This document shows, in pieces, positions 7,551-16,623 of a stretch of DNA of 64,000 nucleotides (position 1 is its first letter; every line of letters starts with the position of its first letter). Position numbers and translations under genes: made by a program. Origin of the DNA: Patescibacteria group bacterium. Its GTDB lineage: Bacteria > Patescibacteriota > WWE3 > 2-01-FULL-39-13. Below the pieces are notes generated by a model, which ran no database searches, had not been told where the DNA came from, and worked only from the letters and a program-made list of their open reading frames with translations. Where the stretch lies: contig JASNYX010000004.1 in the NCBI GenBank assembly GCA_048499955.1, positions 3,249-67,248 of the forward strand. Reading direction: 5' to 3'.

Positions 7551-8153
7551 ATGCTTCCCCAAAAACAAAAAGAAATTCTAGACTTCATCTTAAACTATCA
7601 ACGCACTCACGGACATGGCCCTACGCTCGATGAGATCGCCTCAGGTTTTGGAAGGTCAATCGCCACCATACACCAACATGTTCGCGCATTGAGAGCAAAG
7701 GGCTTTCTTAAGGCCGCTGGTTCCTCAGCCCGCAGTATAGGTGTTTTTGACGCCAGTGAAGAAGTTGAAGAAATCCCATTAATGGGCTACGTATCTGCGG
7801 GAGGTGGACTGGAGAACATAGAAAATCCAGAGCCAATTAAGGTACAAAAAAGTCTTTTATCGCATTCCGGCAATCATTTTGCCTTAGTGGTAAAGGGTAC
7901 ATCCATGATTGATGATGGAATCCTGCCAGACGATATTATTATTGTGAGACACCAGAATCATGCAGACAATGGTGATGTAGTTGTAGCCTTGATAGGTTCG
8001 GAAGAAAATTCTCTAGCAACGGTAAAAAGGTTTTATAATTTAGGCAAAAAAATAGAATTGAGACCCAAAAATCCGACACTACCATCACGGGTCTACGATC
8101 AGGGTGCAGTAGAGATTCGTGGGAAGTTTGTGGGTCTACTGCGACACGGATGA
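7551..8153 (+). CDS. lexA: LexA repressor (wHTH plus S24 peptidase)
   Basis: N-terminal wHTH. S24 catalytic motifs are GTSMIDDGILPDDIIIV (Ser nucleophile) and TVKRF (Lys). It is transcribed divergently from the CD-NTase operon. Confidence 0.8.
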   Translation: MLPQKQKEILDFILNYQRTHGHGPTLDEIASGFGRSIATIHQHVRALRAKGFLKAAGSSARSIGVFDASEEVEEIPLMGYVSAGGGLENIENPEPIKVQKSLLSHSGNHFALVVKGTSMIDDGILPDDIIIVRHQNHADNGDVVVALIGSEENSLATVKRFYNLGKKIELRPKNPTLPSRVYDQGAVEIRGKFVGLLRHG

Positions 8154-8198
8154 AGGCATTTAGAACCTGATTTTGGTACAATTGGAACTGTACCAAAT

Positions 8199-8408
8199 AT
8201 GAGTCCGAAAAGTAATAACCCCAAGAATAAACTAAGAGTAAATCGTCTCAAAGCCAAACTCACACAAAAAGAGCTGGCTGAAAAGCTTGGTGTACACGTA
8301 AATTATTATGCTCGGATTGAGCGTGGAGAAGAAAATCCTTCTTTGGAGACGTTGAAAAAACTAACCAAGATACTCAAGATCAAATCTTCGGATATCCTAT
8401 CCTTCTGA
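8199..8408 (+). CDS. XRE-family helix-turn-helix transcriptional regulator
   Basis: LTQKELAEKLGVHVNYYARIERGEENPSLETLKKLTKIL is a typical Cro/C1-type HTH. It is 69 aa long. Confidence 0.7.
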   Translation: MSPKSNNPKNKLRVNRLKAKLTQKELAEKLGVHVNYYARIERGEENPSLETLKKLTKILKIKSSDILSF

Positions 8409-8651
8409 TTGATTCTCTTTTTCTTTCTGCTTCTTTAAATCTTCGAAAATCTCCAACAGTAGATCGGGGTTGGTATGACCGAGTTCGTGAACTGTGGCTT
8501 GTAAATGCTCCAAGATGGCAATGGCCATCTCTGGGGTGGCATTGTCCGGATCAGTTTTTTTGAGAATATTGAGGACAGTATCAATGTCTTTCTCGTTGAT
8601 TTCGTAGTCTTGAGAACTCTTGTTCATACCAGGCAAGTATATCACGCTCAT
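8397..8651 (-). CDS. hypothetical acidic protein, co-oriented and overlapping with the PLD nuclease gene
   Basis: 84-aa ORF with a 4-nt overlap with the upstream gene. No recognisable motif. Confidence 0.3.
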   Translation of the reverse strand: MSVIYLPGMNKSSQDYEINEKDIDTVLNILKKTDPDNATPEMAIAILEHLQATVHELGHTNPDLLLEIFEDLKKQKEKENQSEG

Positions 8652-9112
8652 AAAAACCTTTCTAAATTAAGAAAATTAAGTGTATCTATCGTGGTTTGCT
8701 CATCATCAATCCGGCGCATGATTTCCCGGCTCCTGGTCTGAGACAGAATGTTCAGACTACCTTCCCATAACACTTTCCGGTCAAGTATCGCCATTTTCCT
8801 ATGATGATTGCCGGTGCAAAGAAGTACCTGCACACCCAATTCTTCAAATCTCTGAATTTCAGCCTCAGATTGGTATTCTAGGGATTCAGAATGTTCTCTA
8901 GGGTCTCGTGTGAGGACATATACTTTTACTCCGCGCTCAATCAGTCTTTCAAATACTGGAAACAATCCTCTCATTCTTTCTGCTGTTATGTATGGACTTT
9001 CAATTACGACTTCGCGCGAAGCGTGAAGTAAATCCTGGACAAACTTCGGGTAGAAAGTAATCTCGTCGTAAAGGGAGGACTTAAACATTGTTGTCCTCCT
9101 CTCCGGATTCAA
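8648..9112 (-). CDS. phospholipase D-family (Nuc-like) nuclease domain protein
   Basis: Single HKD motif HHRKMAILDRKVLWEGSLN (H-x-K-x4-D ... GS.N). It is ~150 aa long, the size of standalone Nuc/BfiI-type PLD nucleases. Confidence 0.6.
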   Translation of the reverse strand: MNPERRTTMFKSSLYDEITFYPKFVQDLLHASREVVIESPYITAERMRGLFPVFERLIERGVKVYVLTRDPREHSESLEYQSEAEIQRFEELGVQVLLCTGNHHRKMAILDRKVLWEGSLNILSQTRSREIMRRIDDEQTTIDTLNFLNLERFL

Positions 9113-9233
9113 TTACACAGACTTTGCCGTTATAATAGGTGAAACCGAGTTCCTTGAGTTTCTCGTAGGTACGAATCAGGCTATCAAATAGCTCTTGGGG
9201 TTCCACCTGAGGGACAGCGGGCTCACCAAAATA

Positions 9234-10004
9234 ATGAATATAAAACGAAAATCTACATCTTGGCAAAACCTTTCACGCTGGTACGACGCAATTGTCGGAA
9301 GCGAAGGTACTTACCTACATCCAACTCTGGTAATCCCGCAGCTGGCTGAAACCCTAAATATAAAACCCGGAAAAACCGTATTGGATATCGGATGCGGAAA
9401 CGGATTTCTTTCAAAATTTATAACTAAAAGCGGGGCGAACTATCATGGAATTGATAGCAGTAGAAGTTTAATTGACAGAGCAAACAGCTTTGATCAAAAA
9501 GGGGCAAGTTACACAGTCGGAGATATCTGTAACGCAAAATCTTTAAAATCATTGAAACCCAAATCATTCGATACAGCACTTTTTATTTTGAGCCTGCAAG
9601 ATATCGATCCCCTAGAAAGGGCCATAATGAATGCTTCCCAACTTTTAAAGGACAGGTCTGAAATAATAATATTTATGCTACATCCGGCATTTAAAACTCC
9701 AAGACAAACCGGTTTCGTGTTTGATGAAAACCGAAAAATGATTTCGAGAAGAATCGATAGTTACTTAAGCCCTAACCATATTCCCTTCAAAAAAGATAAA
9801 AGAAATAGAAGTTATGTAGCCAATTTCTATCACCGCCCATTACAAGATTATATAAATACTTTATCAACTCATGGATTTGACACCAAGCATCTATCCGAAA
9901 TGCCTGCTTACTCCGAAAAAATCGATCAAAGCAGAATCGAAAAAAGAATATTAAATGAAATTCCGATGTTTATGATGATAAAAGCTGTTAGATCAAACCC
10001 ATAA
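9234..10004 (+). CDS. class I SAM-dependent methyltransferase
   Basis: Motif I VLDIGCGNGFLSKFI. The start is chosen at the ATG at 9234 (MNIKRK); the longer track ORF starts at 9195. Confidence 0.65.
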   Translation: MNIKRKSTSWQNLSRWYDAIVGSEGTYLHPTLVIPQLAETLNIKPGKTVLDIGCGNGFLSKFITKSGANYHGIDSSRSLIDRANSFDQKGASYTVGDICNAKSLKSLKPKSFDTALFILSLQDIDPLERAIMNASQLLKDRSEIIIFMLHPAFKTPRQTGFVFDENRKMISRRIDSYLSPNHIPFKKDKRNRSYVANFYHRPLQDYINTLSTHGFDTKHLSEMPAYSEKIDQSRIEKRILNEIPMFMMIKAVRSNP

Positions 10005-10053
10005 ATTTGTTACAATTATAGGATATTAGTTACAAATCATCTCTCTTAACTAA

Positions 10054-11019
10054 ATGCATATTTTGCTGGTAATTTTAATTTCAGCCCTATGCGGAGGCTC
10101 TGCACCGGTTTTCGGAAAAATTTTACTAAGTGTCTTTGGATCATTCACGCTGCTTACTCTCAGATTTTATTTGGCATCTCTGACTCTATTACCTTTTATA
10201 AATCGCAATGAACTTAATCTAAAAACTTGTAAAAGTTTATTATGGATATCGTTACTAGGTGCACTTAATCCGATTTTCCTATTTTTGGCACTTCCTCACC
10301 TAGTTACGGCAGTCGTACCAATTCTTTACGCCTGCACTCCAATGCTCACATTAGCTTACATGTGCTACATAAAAAAGATGCGGTTTAACAGAATACAAAT
10401 CGCAGGATTGATATCCGGAATCTTAGGAATATTCATTGTAGTAAGCAACTCGATATTCGACCAACAGAGCAATACCACAATATAGGGACTTTTACTCGGA
10501 TCTCTTGCTGTTATGGCATTTGTAGCCTTTGGAATTTTATCAAGAAAGACCCAACTAAAATATAACGTGTCACCACTATCGATAACTTTCTATTTCTGCG
10601 TTATGACAACGTTGATATCGCTACCTTTTTCGTTAAGTGAAATTGCCAATAACCCGGTAAAAATTTCGGAATTAACTGCATTCCATATCTTTTCGATTTT
10701 CTTCATTGGAGTAATATCAACCAGCATTGCGTTTTATTCGTATCAAAAACTTCTAAAAGCAGACTCCCCGCTTGCGGGGCCGGTCGTTACTTATTTTCAA
10801 CCTTTAGCAACCGTATTCTTAGGAATCATTTTATTATCCGAAAAAATCACATTAGGATTTATAGTCGGAGGTATCCTCTCAATAACCGGTGGGCAATTAT
10901 CATCTACAAGCAATGGGGCATTTATGTCATCTATTGGTTTCGCAAATCGATTTAGCAAGGTCCCGCAAATTTTTAGTTCAATATCTCGAAACGTCCTCGC
11001 TTTAGGTAAAAGTCACTGA
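10054..11019 (+). pseudogene. DMT/EamA-family transporter interrupted by an in-frame TAG (10483-10485)
   Basis: ORFs 10054..10485 and 10513..11019 are in the same frame. Translation reads ...SNTTI*GLLLGSLAVMAFVAFGIL, which is the junction between the two EamA half-domains. So one gene carries an internal amber codon. Confidence 0.5.
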
Positions 11020-11973
11020 ATAAACAATATAAGATAAATATAGCCCTAGAAATAATACCCCTTCCCATTTAGCTAGGTGAAATTTCCGACCAATAAATAA
11101 AGTAATGAAGAGAGCGATGCTGGCGACTAGTAAGAACCCAAGGTCAGTTTTCACTGCGGTTGGAACAGGTACTGTTTTGATTACACTACTCAATGCAAGA
11201 ATCCAGAAAATATTAAAAATATTTGAGCCTACAACATTGCCGATCGCGATATCAGCTTTTTTCTTAATGGCTGCGTTAATAGATGTAACTAGCTCGGGCA
11301 ATGATGTTCCGAAAGCAACAACTGTAAGCCCGATTACACGTTCAGACATTCCAATCTGCTGAGCAAGAGATACGGCTCCATCAACCACCCATTTTCCACC
11401 GATTAGCAAACCAACCAAACCCGCACCGACAAGCAACAAATTTTTGGACATCGGCAACTCATCAGCGATGTCATCAGAAGAAGATCCTTTCCGTGCCAAT
11501 GAAATCAGATAATACATAAAGATAATAAAGAATGATAATAGTATTAACCCATCAGCTCTTGAAATCGAATCCAAAGTTCCCAAACCGATTGATGTATCAG
11601 AAACTAAAATAGCAAGTACAACAACGGCCAACAACGAAAACGGAATTTCTTTCCAAACAGTAGTGCTTTGCACTCTCAGAGGGTAAATAATTGCAGCCGT
11701 TCCCAAGATGAGCAATATATTTGCGATGTTCGATCCAATAATGTTTCCCAATACCAAGCCTGATCGATCTGTGTAACTTGCATAAACATTAACAACCAAT
11801 TCAGGGAAAGATGTACCGAAGGCAACGATTGTCAAACCTATAACTAAGGGAGAAACTTTCATTGAGACCGCTAAACTGGATGCACCGTTCACTAACCAGT
11901 CAGCACTCTTAATCAATAATATTAAACCGATAATAAGTATAAATATATCTATCACAGGGCCTAATATTAACAA
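11002..11973 (-). CDS. CaCA-family Na+/Ca2+ exchanger (YrbG-like)
   Basis: Duplicated alpha-repeat motifs GTSFPELVVNV and GTSLPELVTSI. Polytopic membrane protein. Confidence 0.75.
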   Translation of the reverse strand: MLILGPVIDIFILIIGLILLIKSADWLVNGASSLAVSMKVSPLVIGLTIVAFGTSFPELVVNVYASYTDRSGLVLGNIIGSNIANILLILGTAAIIYPLRVQSTTVWKEIPFSLLAVVVLAILVSDTSIGLGTLDSISRADGLILLSFFIIFMYYLISLARKGSSSDDIADELPMSKNLLLVGAGLVGLLIGGKWVVDGAVSLAQQIGMSERVIGLTVVAFGTSLPELVTSINAAIKKKADIAIGNVVGSNIFNIFWILALSSVIKTVPVPTAVKTDLGFLLVASIALFITLFIGRKFHLAKWEGVLFLGLYLSYIVYSVTFT

Positions 11974-12007
11974 TTACGGCGGTAGAATTCTATAGCACAA
12001 AGAATTC

Positions 12008-12424
12008 ATGTATACTTTAAATATGTTATCGTCTAACACGATTATTTTTCTTGCAATAGTAATATGTGGAGTTGCAATTGAACTTTTAATTTCGCAATTG
12101 TTCATCGATCACAATAAAATAAATAAAAAACATAGACGAGTACATTTTCAACTTTCAAGGTATATTTTCTTACTTACCATGCCAACAATAGCTACATTGA
12201 TCATGACTTATTTGGCTGGCTTGTCAGTCTTGAAATTCTTTGTTTCCTTTGCCATCCTCGGTACCTTGCTTGAATATTGTATCGGTTACTCTTACCAGGC
12301 AATCGTAGGCCAAAGACTTTGGAAATACTATCGATATTCCATCAACGGACATACCAGTTTACTATCAATTCCTCTATGGGGGCTGTGTGGTGTACTGATT
12401 TATTTAATTGCGACTACGACCTAG
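12008..12424 (+). CDS. hypothetical membrane protein
   Basis: 138 aa with 3-4 hydrophobic helices. No recognisable motif. Confidence 0.35.
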   Translation: MYTLNMLSSNTIIFLAIVICGVAIELLISQLFIDHNKINKKHRRVHFQLSRYIFLLTMPTIATLIMTYLAGLSVLKFFVSFAILGTLLEYCIGYSYQAIVGQRLWKYYRYSINGHTSLLSIPLWGLCGVLIYLIATTT

Positions 12425-13168
12425 ACCTAAATGCATGAGACTCCAAAGACTGCCTTGACGTTTCGTATAGGGTAATTCCAACAGAGACCGAAAGATTCAA
12501 AGAATCTACTTTATTTGAATGAGATATCTTAACTGTTTGTGAATTGGATTTTATGCTGTCTGGAAGTCCTGAGCCTTCATTACCGAATATAAGTGAATAG
12601 GGACTTTGAAATTTTGTTTCCCGTAAATCGAATTCTCCGTCTAAAAAGAAGCTGTAAACGGTATTCTCTTTATACTTACAGCAATATATACCGGCACTCG
12701 TAAAGTATTCGAAGTTTACTAAAAAATCGATCCCATAGACGAACGTGCTACTTTCTGGATCAAAGATGTCCGCAGCTGGCGAGATCAGTGCTAAGTTCCT
12801 CATATCAAACCTGACATAGATCTTAGTATTGTTCCTAAATTGCCTAAATTTGATGGGTTTACCAAAACCAAATGATTATCGCCTAACTCCAATGATGATT
12901 GGTATTTTTCGAAAACTCCCATTACATATGTGTTTTCTTTAGGTGCAAGTTTTTCAATGATACTTCGACTAACTATCATCGGAATATTTTTCTGTTCACA
13001 AATGTGTTTTATTTCTTCAACGATGCTATTTTCTTCACCATTGGGGTTGATGATAACTTCCAGCACTTTCTCCTGTTTGAGTTTAAGTAAATCTAAAGTC
13101 GGGTAAGTTCCATACGTATATGAAAAATTAAATTTTTTGTCGTAGCGTTTTAATTTTGGAAGACCCAT
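12414..13168 (-). pseudogene. TrmH/SpoU-family (SPOUT) RNA 2'-O-methyltransferase split by a frameshift near 12800
   Basis: The N-terminal ORF (13168..12800) carries SPOUT motif 1, LVLVNPSNLGNLGTILRSMSGL. The C-terminal ORF (12803..12414) carries motifs 2 and 3, LIFGNEGSGLPDSI and LNLSVSVGITLYE. The two overlap by 4 nt in different frames. The junction aligns to the conserved AAGVDGVILP..ADPFSPK segment. Confidence 0.55.
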
Positions 13169-13180
13169 ATATTACCTGTT

Positions 13181-14293
13181 TCAATTCAAATTGTTTTTAG
13201 CTAACTCGATAATTTTTGAATATGTTCTTAAATTATGTATCGTAGATAATCGAAAAGCCAGAGAATCCTCAATCTTAAATAAATGATTAAGGTAGGATTT
13301 CGAATAATTTTGACAAGAAAAACAATCACAAAATTCACTAATCGGCGACGAATCACGCACATATTTTTCACGTGAGATATAAATATATTCAAACCAATCT
13401 GATTCTTCAAAAATATCTCTAATTGATTCAGGGGGCTTGCTGAAGTTATATAATCTTTTATGCCTAGCATCCCGGGTAGGCAAAACGCAATCAAAAATCC
13501 CATAGCCCATAGCGATTGTATCAACTAAGGTTTGTGGACCTCCAATGCCTAAACCATATTTTGGCTTGTGGTCCGGAGTAACTTCGGCAACGTGTTTAAT
13601 AATTTCCAAATCGATCTTACCTTCCTGATCAAAAGTCCATCCACCTAATCCGTACCCATCGAAACCTATTTTCTCAAGATCGACAGCACTTTTTTCCCGA
13701 GCCGCTTTATCGTGTGCTCCCTGCACTACAGCGAATAACATAGGACGATTATCCTCATTGTAACCTCTGATCTCGCATTGCTTTTCAAACTCAACTTTGC
13801 ATCTTTCCCCCCAATGTGTCGTCAATTCTACACTTCGTTTAATTTCATCATCTTTAGCATTAAAAGGTGTGAAGTAATCAAGCACAATCATAATATCGGA
13901 ACCAAGTGCGAACTGGATTTGAATACACTTCTCAGGAGTTATCTCATATTTGCGTCTACCACCCTTTGAATGTAAATGAAAAGTCACCCCATCTTCTGTT
14001 ATATTTCCCAAGGATTTATTCTTATGAATAAGTGAGAACATCTGAAATCCTCCGGAATCTGAAATAATCCAGCCGTCCCACCCCATTAAATTTTTTATTC
14101 CACCCAATTCATCTATTACTGAAGTTCCCGGCTGAGATAACAAGTGATATGTATTAACAATTAATCCTTCAATACCTGAAGCTTTTAGATCTGTTGAGTC
14201 TAAGCTACGAATTACACCTCTTGTTGCATCCGGAAAAAATACCGGCATATTAAAATTCTGACCTTTTAGTTTAAAACTTTTCAGAAAAGACAT
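13181..14293 (-). CDS. tgt: queuine tRNA-ribosyltransferase
   Basis: FFPDATRG, LIVNTYHL and DSGGFQMFSL motifs. The C-terminal zinc site is CDCFSCQNYSKSYLNHL. Confidence 0.85.
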   Translation of the reverse strand: MSFLKSFKLKGQNFNMPVFFPDATRGVIRSLDSTDLKASGIEGLIVNTYHLLSQPGTSVIDELGGIKNLMGWDGWIISDSGGFQMFSLIHKNKSLGNITEDGVTFHLHSKGGRRKYEITPEKCIQIQFALGSDIMIVLDYFTPFNAKDDEIKRSVELTTHWGERCKVEFEKQCEIRGYNEDNRPMLFAVVQGAHDKAAREKSAVDLEKIGFDGYGLGGWTFDQEGKIDLEIIKHVAEVTPDHKPKYGLGIGGPQTLVDTIAMGYGIFDCVLPTRDARHKRLYNFSKPPESIRDIFEESDWFEYIYISREKYVRDSSPISEFCDCFSCQNYSKSYLNHLFKIEDSLAFRLSTIHNLRTYSKIIELAKNNLN

Positions 14294-14422
14294 ATTTCTG
14301 CAATTTTACTATCAAGACAATATATTCACCACACCACCTTAAATAACATAAGAGATCGGGAAAGGAGCAAATATCTATAATAGATTTTGGAATTCCTCCT
14401 TTCCCGTATTAGAATGCACCAC

Positions 14423-16057
14423 CTAACGCAAGATCATCGGAAGATTAATTCTTCCGGTTTTAGGGTTGAAGGGAAAAGTTTCAGATGCTTCATAATCTTT
14501 TACCGGAGACTCCCCCGCTTCAACATCCGGATCAACAAAGAACGAAAGCTTGATCAAGTGTCCTTCTTCAGTGATTCCTGAAAAGTCTTTTCGGAATACT
14601 GCATTATCTGTAGAAACAAACAATGTGGCTGAAAACATCCCCAGATCTGTCCCACGAAGAGTCAATGCGTGTGCTCCCTTGTTCAGACTCCAAACTTCAA
14701 TACGTTTGGATGACATTGTCCCCAATTGACTTTCAAAAGGTGAAATCTGATCCACATAGTAATTTGAAGCAGGAATTTCATCCTTGAATACTCCGCGATC
14801 GTATCCGATTGAACGACCCATCGAATCAGTCAGTAAAACCTCTGTCTGAGAATGAACTACAACCTCCAGAACCGCATTTGACTGAACATTTGAGAAATGC
14901 CTAGAGGACCTGTATTCTCCGTGATACTGTAACCCAAGAGTTTCATCTGTACTCCACGGATCTTTAATTCCAAAGACTCCGGAAGCATATGAATTGGCTA
15001 CCACAAAATGCATGCCACGCGACGAATTCACATGCAAGACCACAGGAAACCCATTACAAATGTAAGCACCAACAACCTTGTCATTCCGTTGACTCAACTG
15101 TCCATTAAACCAGAGATCAAGCTTCATAACGTCCCGACCATACCTGGCAACTTGTGAAAAGAGAATATAACCTCCGCTATATCCGTTATTGTGCTTGAGC
15201 CACTGATTAAGCTCTCCCGGATTTGTGCTAGTTCCCTTTTCAAATCCATAATAGTTCAACAACATCACTGAAGAGACTAAGGCACATCCCCAGTTCTTAA
15301 TATTGGCAGGATATCTGGAATCAGGACTTACCCATCCGTGTTGACCATAGTGATCCCCCGCCCAAGCTGAGTCAGTTTGCAAGAAATGTTTAACACCAAG
15401 ACTACAGATCGGACTAGCAGAAAATTCGAAATCATCAACAGTAAAAGTGTTCCAACGTCTCATGCCAGGTGAATCGATTTCACCACGAAAGTCATCTGCG
15501 GGTATAAATACCGAGTGGTTTACCTGCTTATAGTGACTATTGAAAGTGAGCTTATGGATCGGAACAACAGATCGCAAGACAACTTCTTTGTTTGGTTCAC
15601 CTTCGAAAATATGGTTCGGAGAAAGTTCCGCTTGATCGACCGAATTACCATTCTTGTCGTAAGCCTTCACAGTCAAACGGCTATTCGTGGTTACAAAAAA
15701 ACGCACTTCTCGAACTGAACCCGCAAGTAGTTGATCGAAATAGATATTCACACCTCCATAAAACTCGGCATCTGCACCATCGTAGATAACTCCCAAACCC
15801 GAATGAGGTGGGAATTGCTCATAGTTCAGGGTGTCGCCTTTTCTCAGAAAGCTAGCTCCTTCAAATTTCACCCCCAAGCTGGCGTATTTGTCTCGAACCG
15901 TTTCACGATTGGCCCCATCCTCAAAGTCCAGAATAAAATTTACCGAGCTAGTTTCCAAACTGCTCGACCAAACCACTGAACTTGACGAAGAAGCAAACAC
16001 CGCAAAGCCGAAGAAAAAAACAACCAAAAGACATCGATGTAACAATCGGACTTTCAT
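14423..16057 (-). CDS. secreted protein with a papain-fold (C39-like) cysteine-peptidase-like domain
   Basis: A signal peptide starts at MKVRLLHRCLLVVFFFGFAVFASS, so the start is set at 16057 (the track ORF extends to 16138). Candidate catalytic Cys lies in NIKNWGCALVSSVMLLNYYG. It resembles the CGHAAFSMALSYYG segment of ORF 26605..27765. Confidence 0.4.
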   Translation of the reverse strand: MKVRLLHRCLLVVFFFGFAVFASSSSSVVWSSSLETSSVNFILDFEDGANRETVRDKYASLGVKFEGASFLRKGDTLNYEQFPPHSGLGVIYDGADAEFYGGVNIYFDQLLAGSVREVRFFVTTNSRLTVKAYDKNGNSVDQAELSPNHIFEGEPNKEVVLRSVVPIHKLTFNSHYKQVNHSVFIPADDFRGEIDSPGMRRWNTFTVDDFEFSASPICSLGVKHFLQTDSAWAGDHYGQHGWVSPDSRYPANIKNWGCALVSSVMLLNYYGFEKGTSTNPGELNQWLKHNNGYSGGYILFSQVARYGRDVMKLDLWFNGQLSQRNDKVVGAYICNGFPVVLHVNSSRGMHFVVANSYASGVFGIKDPWSTDETLGLQYHGEYRSSRHFSNVQSNAVLEVVVHSQTEVLLTDSMGRSIGYDRGVFKDEIPASNYYVDQISPFESQLGTMSSKRIEVWSLNKGAHALTLRGTDLGMFSATLFVSTDNAVFRKDFSGITEEGHLIKLSFFVDPDVEAGESPVKDYEASETFPFNPKTGRINLPMILR

Positions 16058-16211
16058 GACTTTCCCTCCTAAATTTTGAACGTGCGAAATATGCCGTGGT
16101 ATCATTCCGGCATGAGTAATCACTATTGCACTCCGCATCGGAGTGGGCTGGTGATAACCATAAATTCAGAGTAAGATATTGGTTGTAAAATCACGTTAAA
16201 TAATAATTAAA

Positions 16212-16619
16212 ATGTCCGAAAAAATAGCAGTAATACTCATTATCACTTTATTACTCACCCCTGCGCTATTGGGAGTCTATTCGTATATATTTTTTAATAC
16301 TTCCCAAGATTGGAAAGACTTAACCTTAAGGAAAGATGCTGAAGTTGCAGGTATAGCAGATAGTGCTCAAATAGAAAACCTCACAAAAGAAATACCATTA
16401 CTACCGGGTTCGGAAATATACAGTTTTACAACAAGTAATAATGATATCAACGTAATTATCGAGTTTTCGCATAAGGAAGAAGAAGTTAAGAGTTTCTATG
16501 ATGACCACTTTTTCAAACAAAATTGGCAACAGATTGATAAAGATATCTACCAGAGAAACGGTAAAATCGTAAAACTTAACATATCGGGGAATTTAATTTA
16601 TATTTCGATCACAAAATAA
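16212..16619 (+). CDS. small signal-anchored hypothetical protein
   Basis: N-terminal TM helix followed by a ~110-aa soluble domain. Confidence 0.35.
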   Translation: MSEKIAVILIITLLLTPALLGVYSYIFFNTSQDWKDLTLRKDAEVAGIADSAQIENLTKEIPLLPGSEIYSFTTSNNDINVIIEFSHKEEEVKSFYDDHFFKQNWQQIDKDIYQRNGKIVKLNISGNLIYISITK

Positions 16620-16623
16620 TTAT

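Noticed and set aside
9081-9266. 61-aa ORF overlapping both the PLD gene start and the methyltransferase start
   Set aside because: It has no motif. It overlaps two better-supported genes and may be a spurious upstream extension. It is mentioned only as possible context in the PLD finding.
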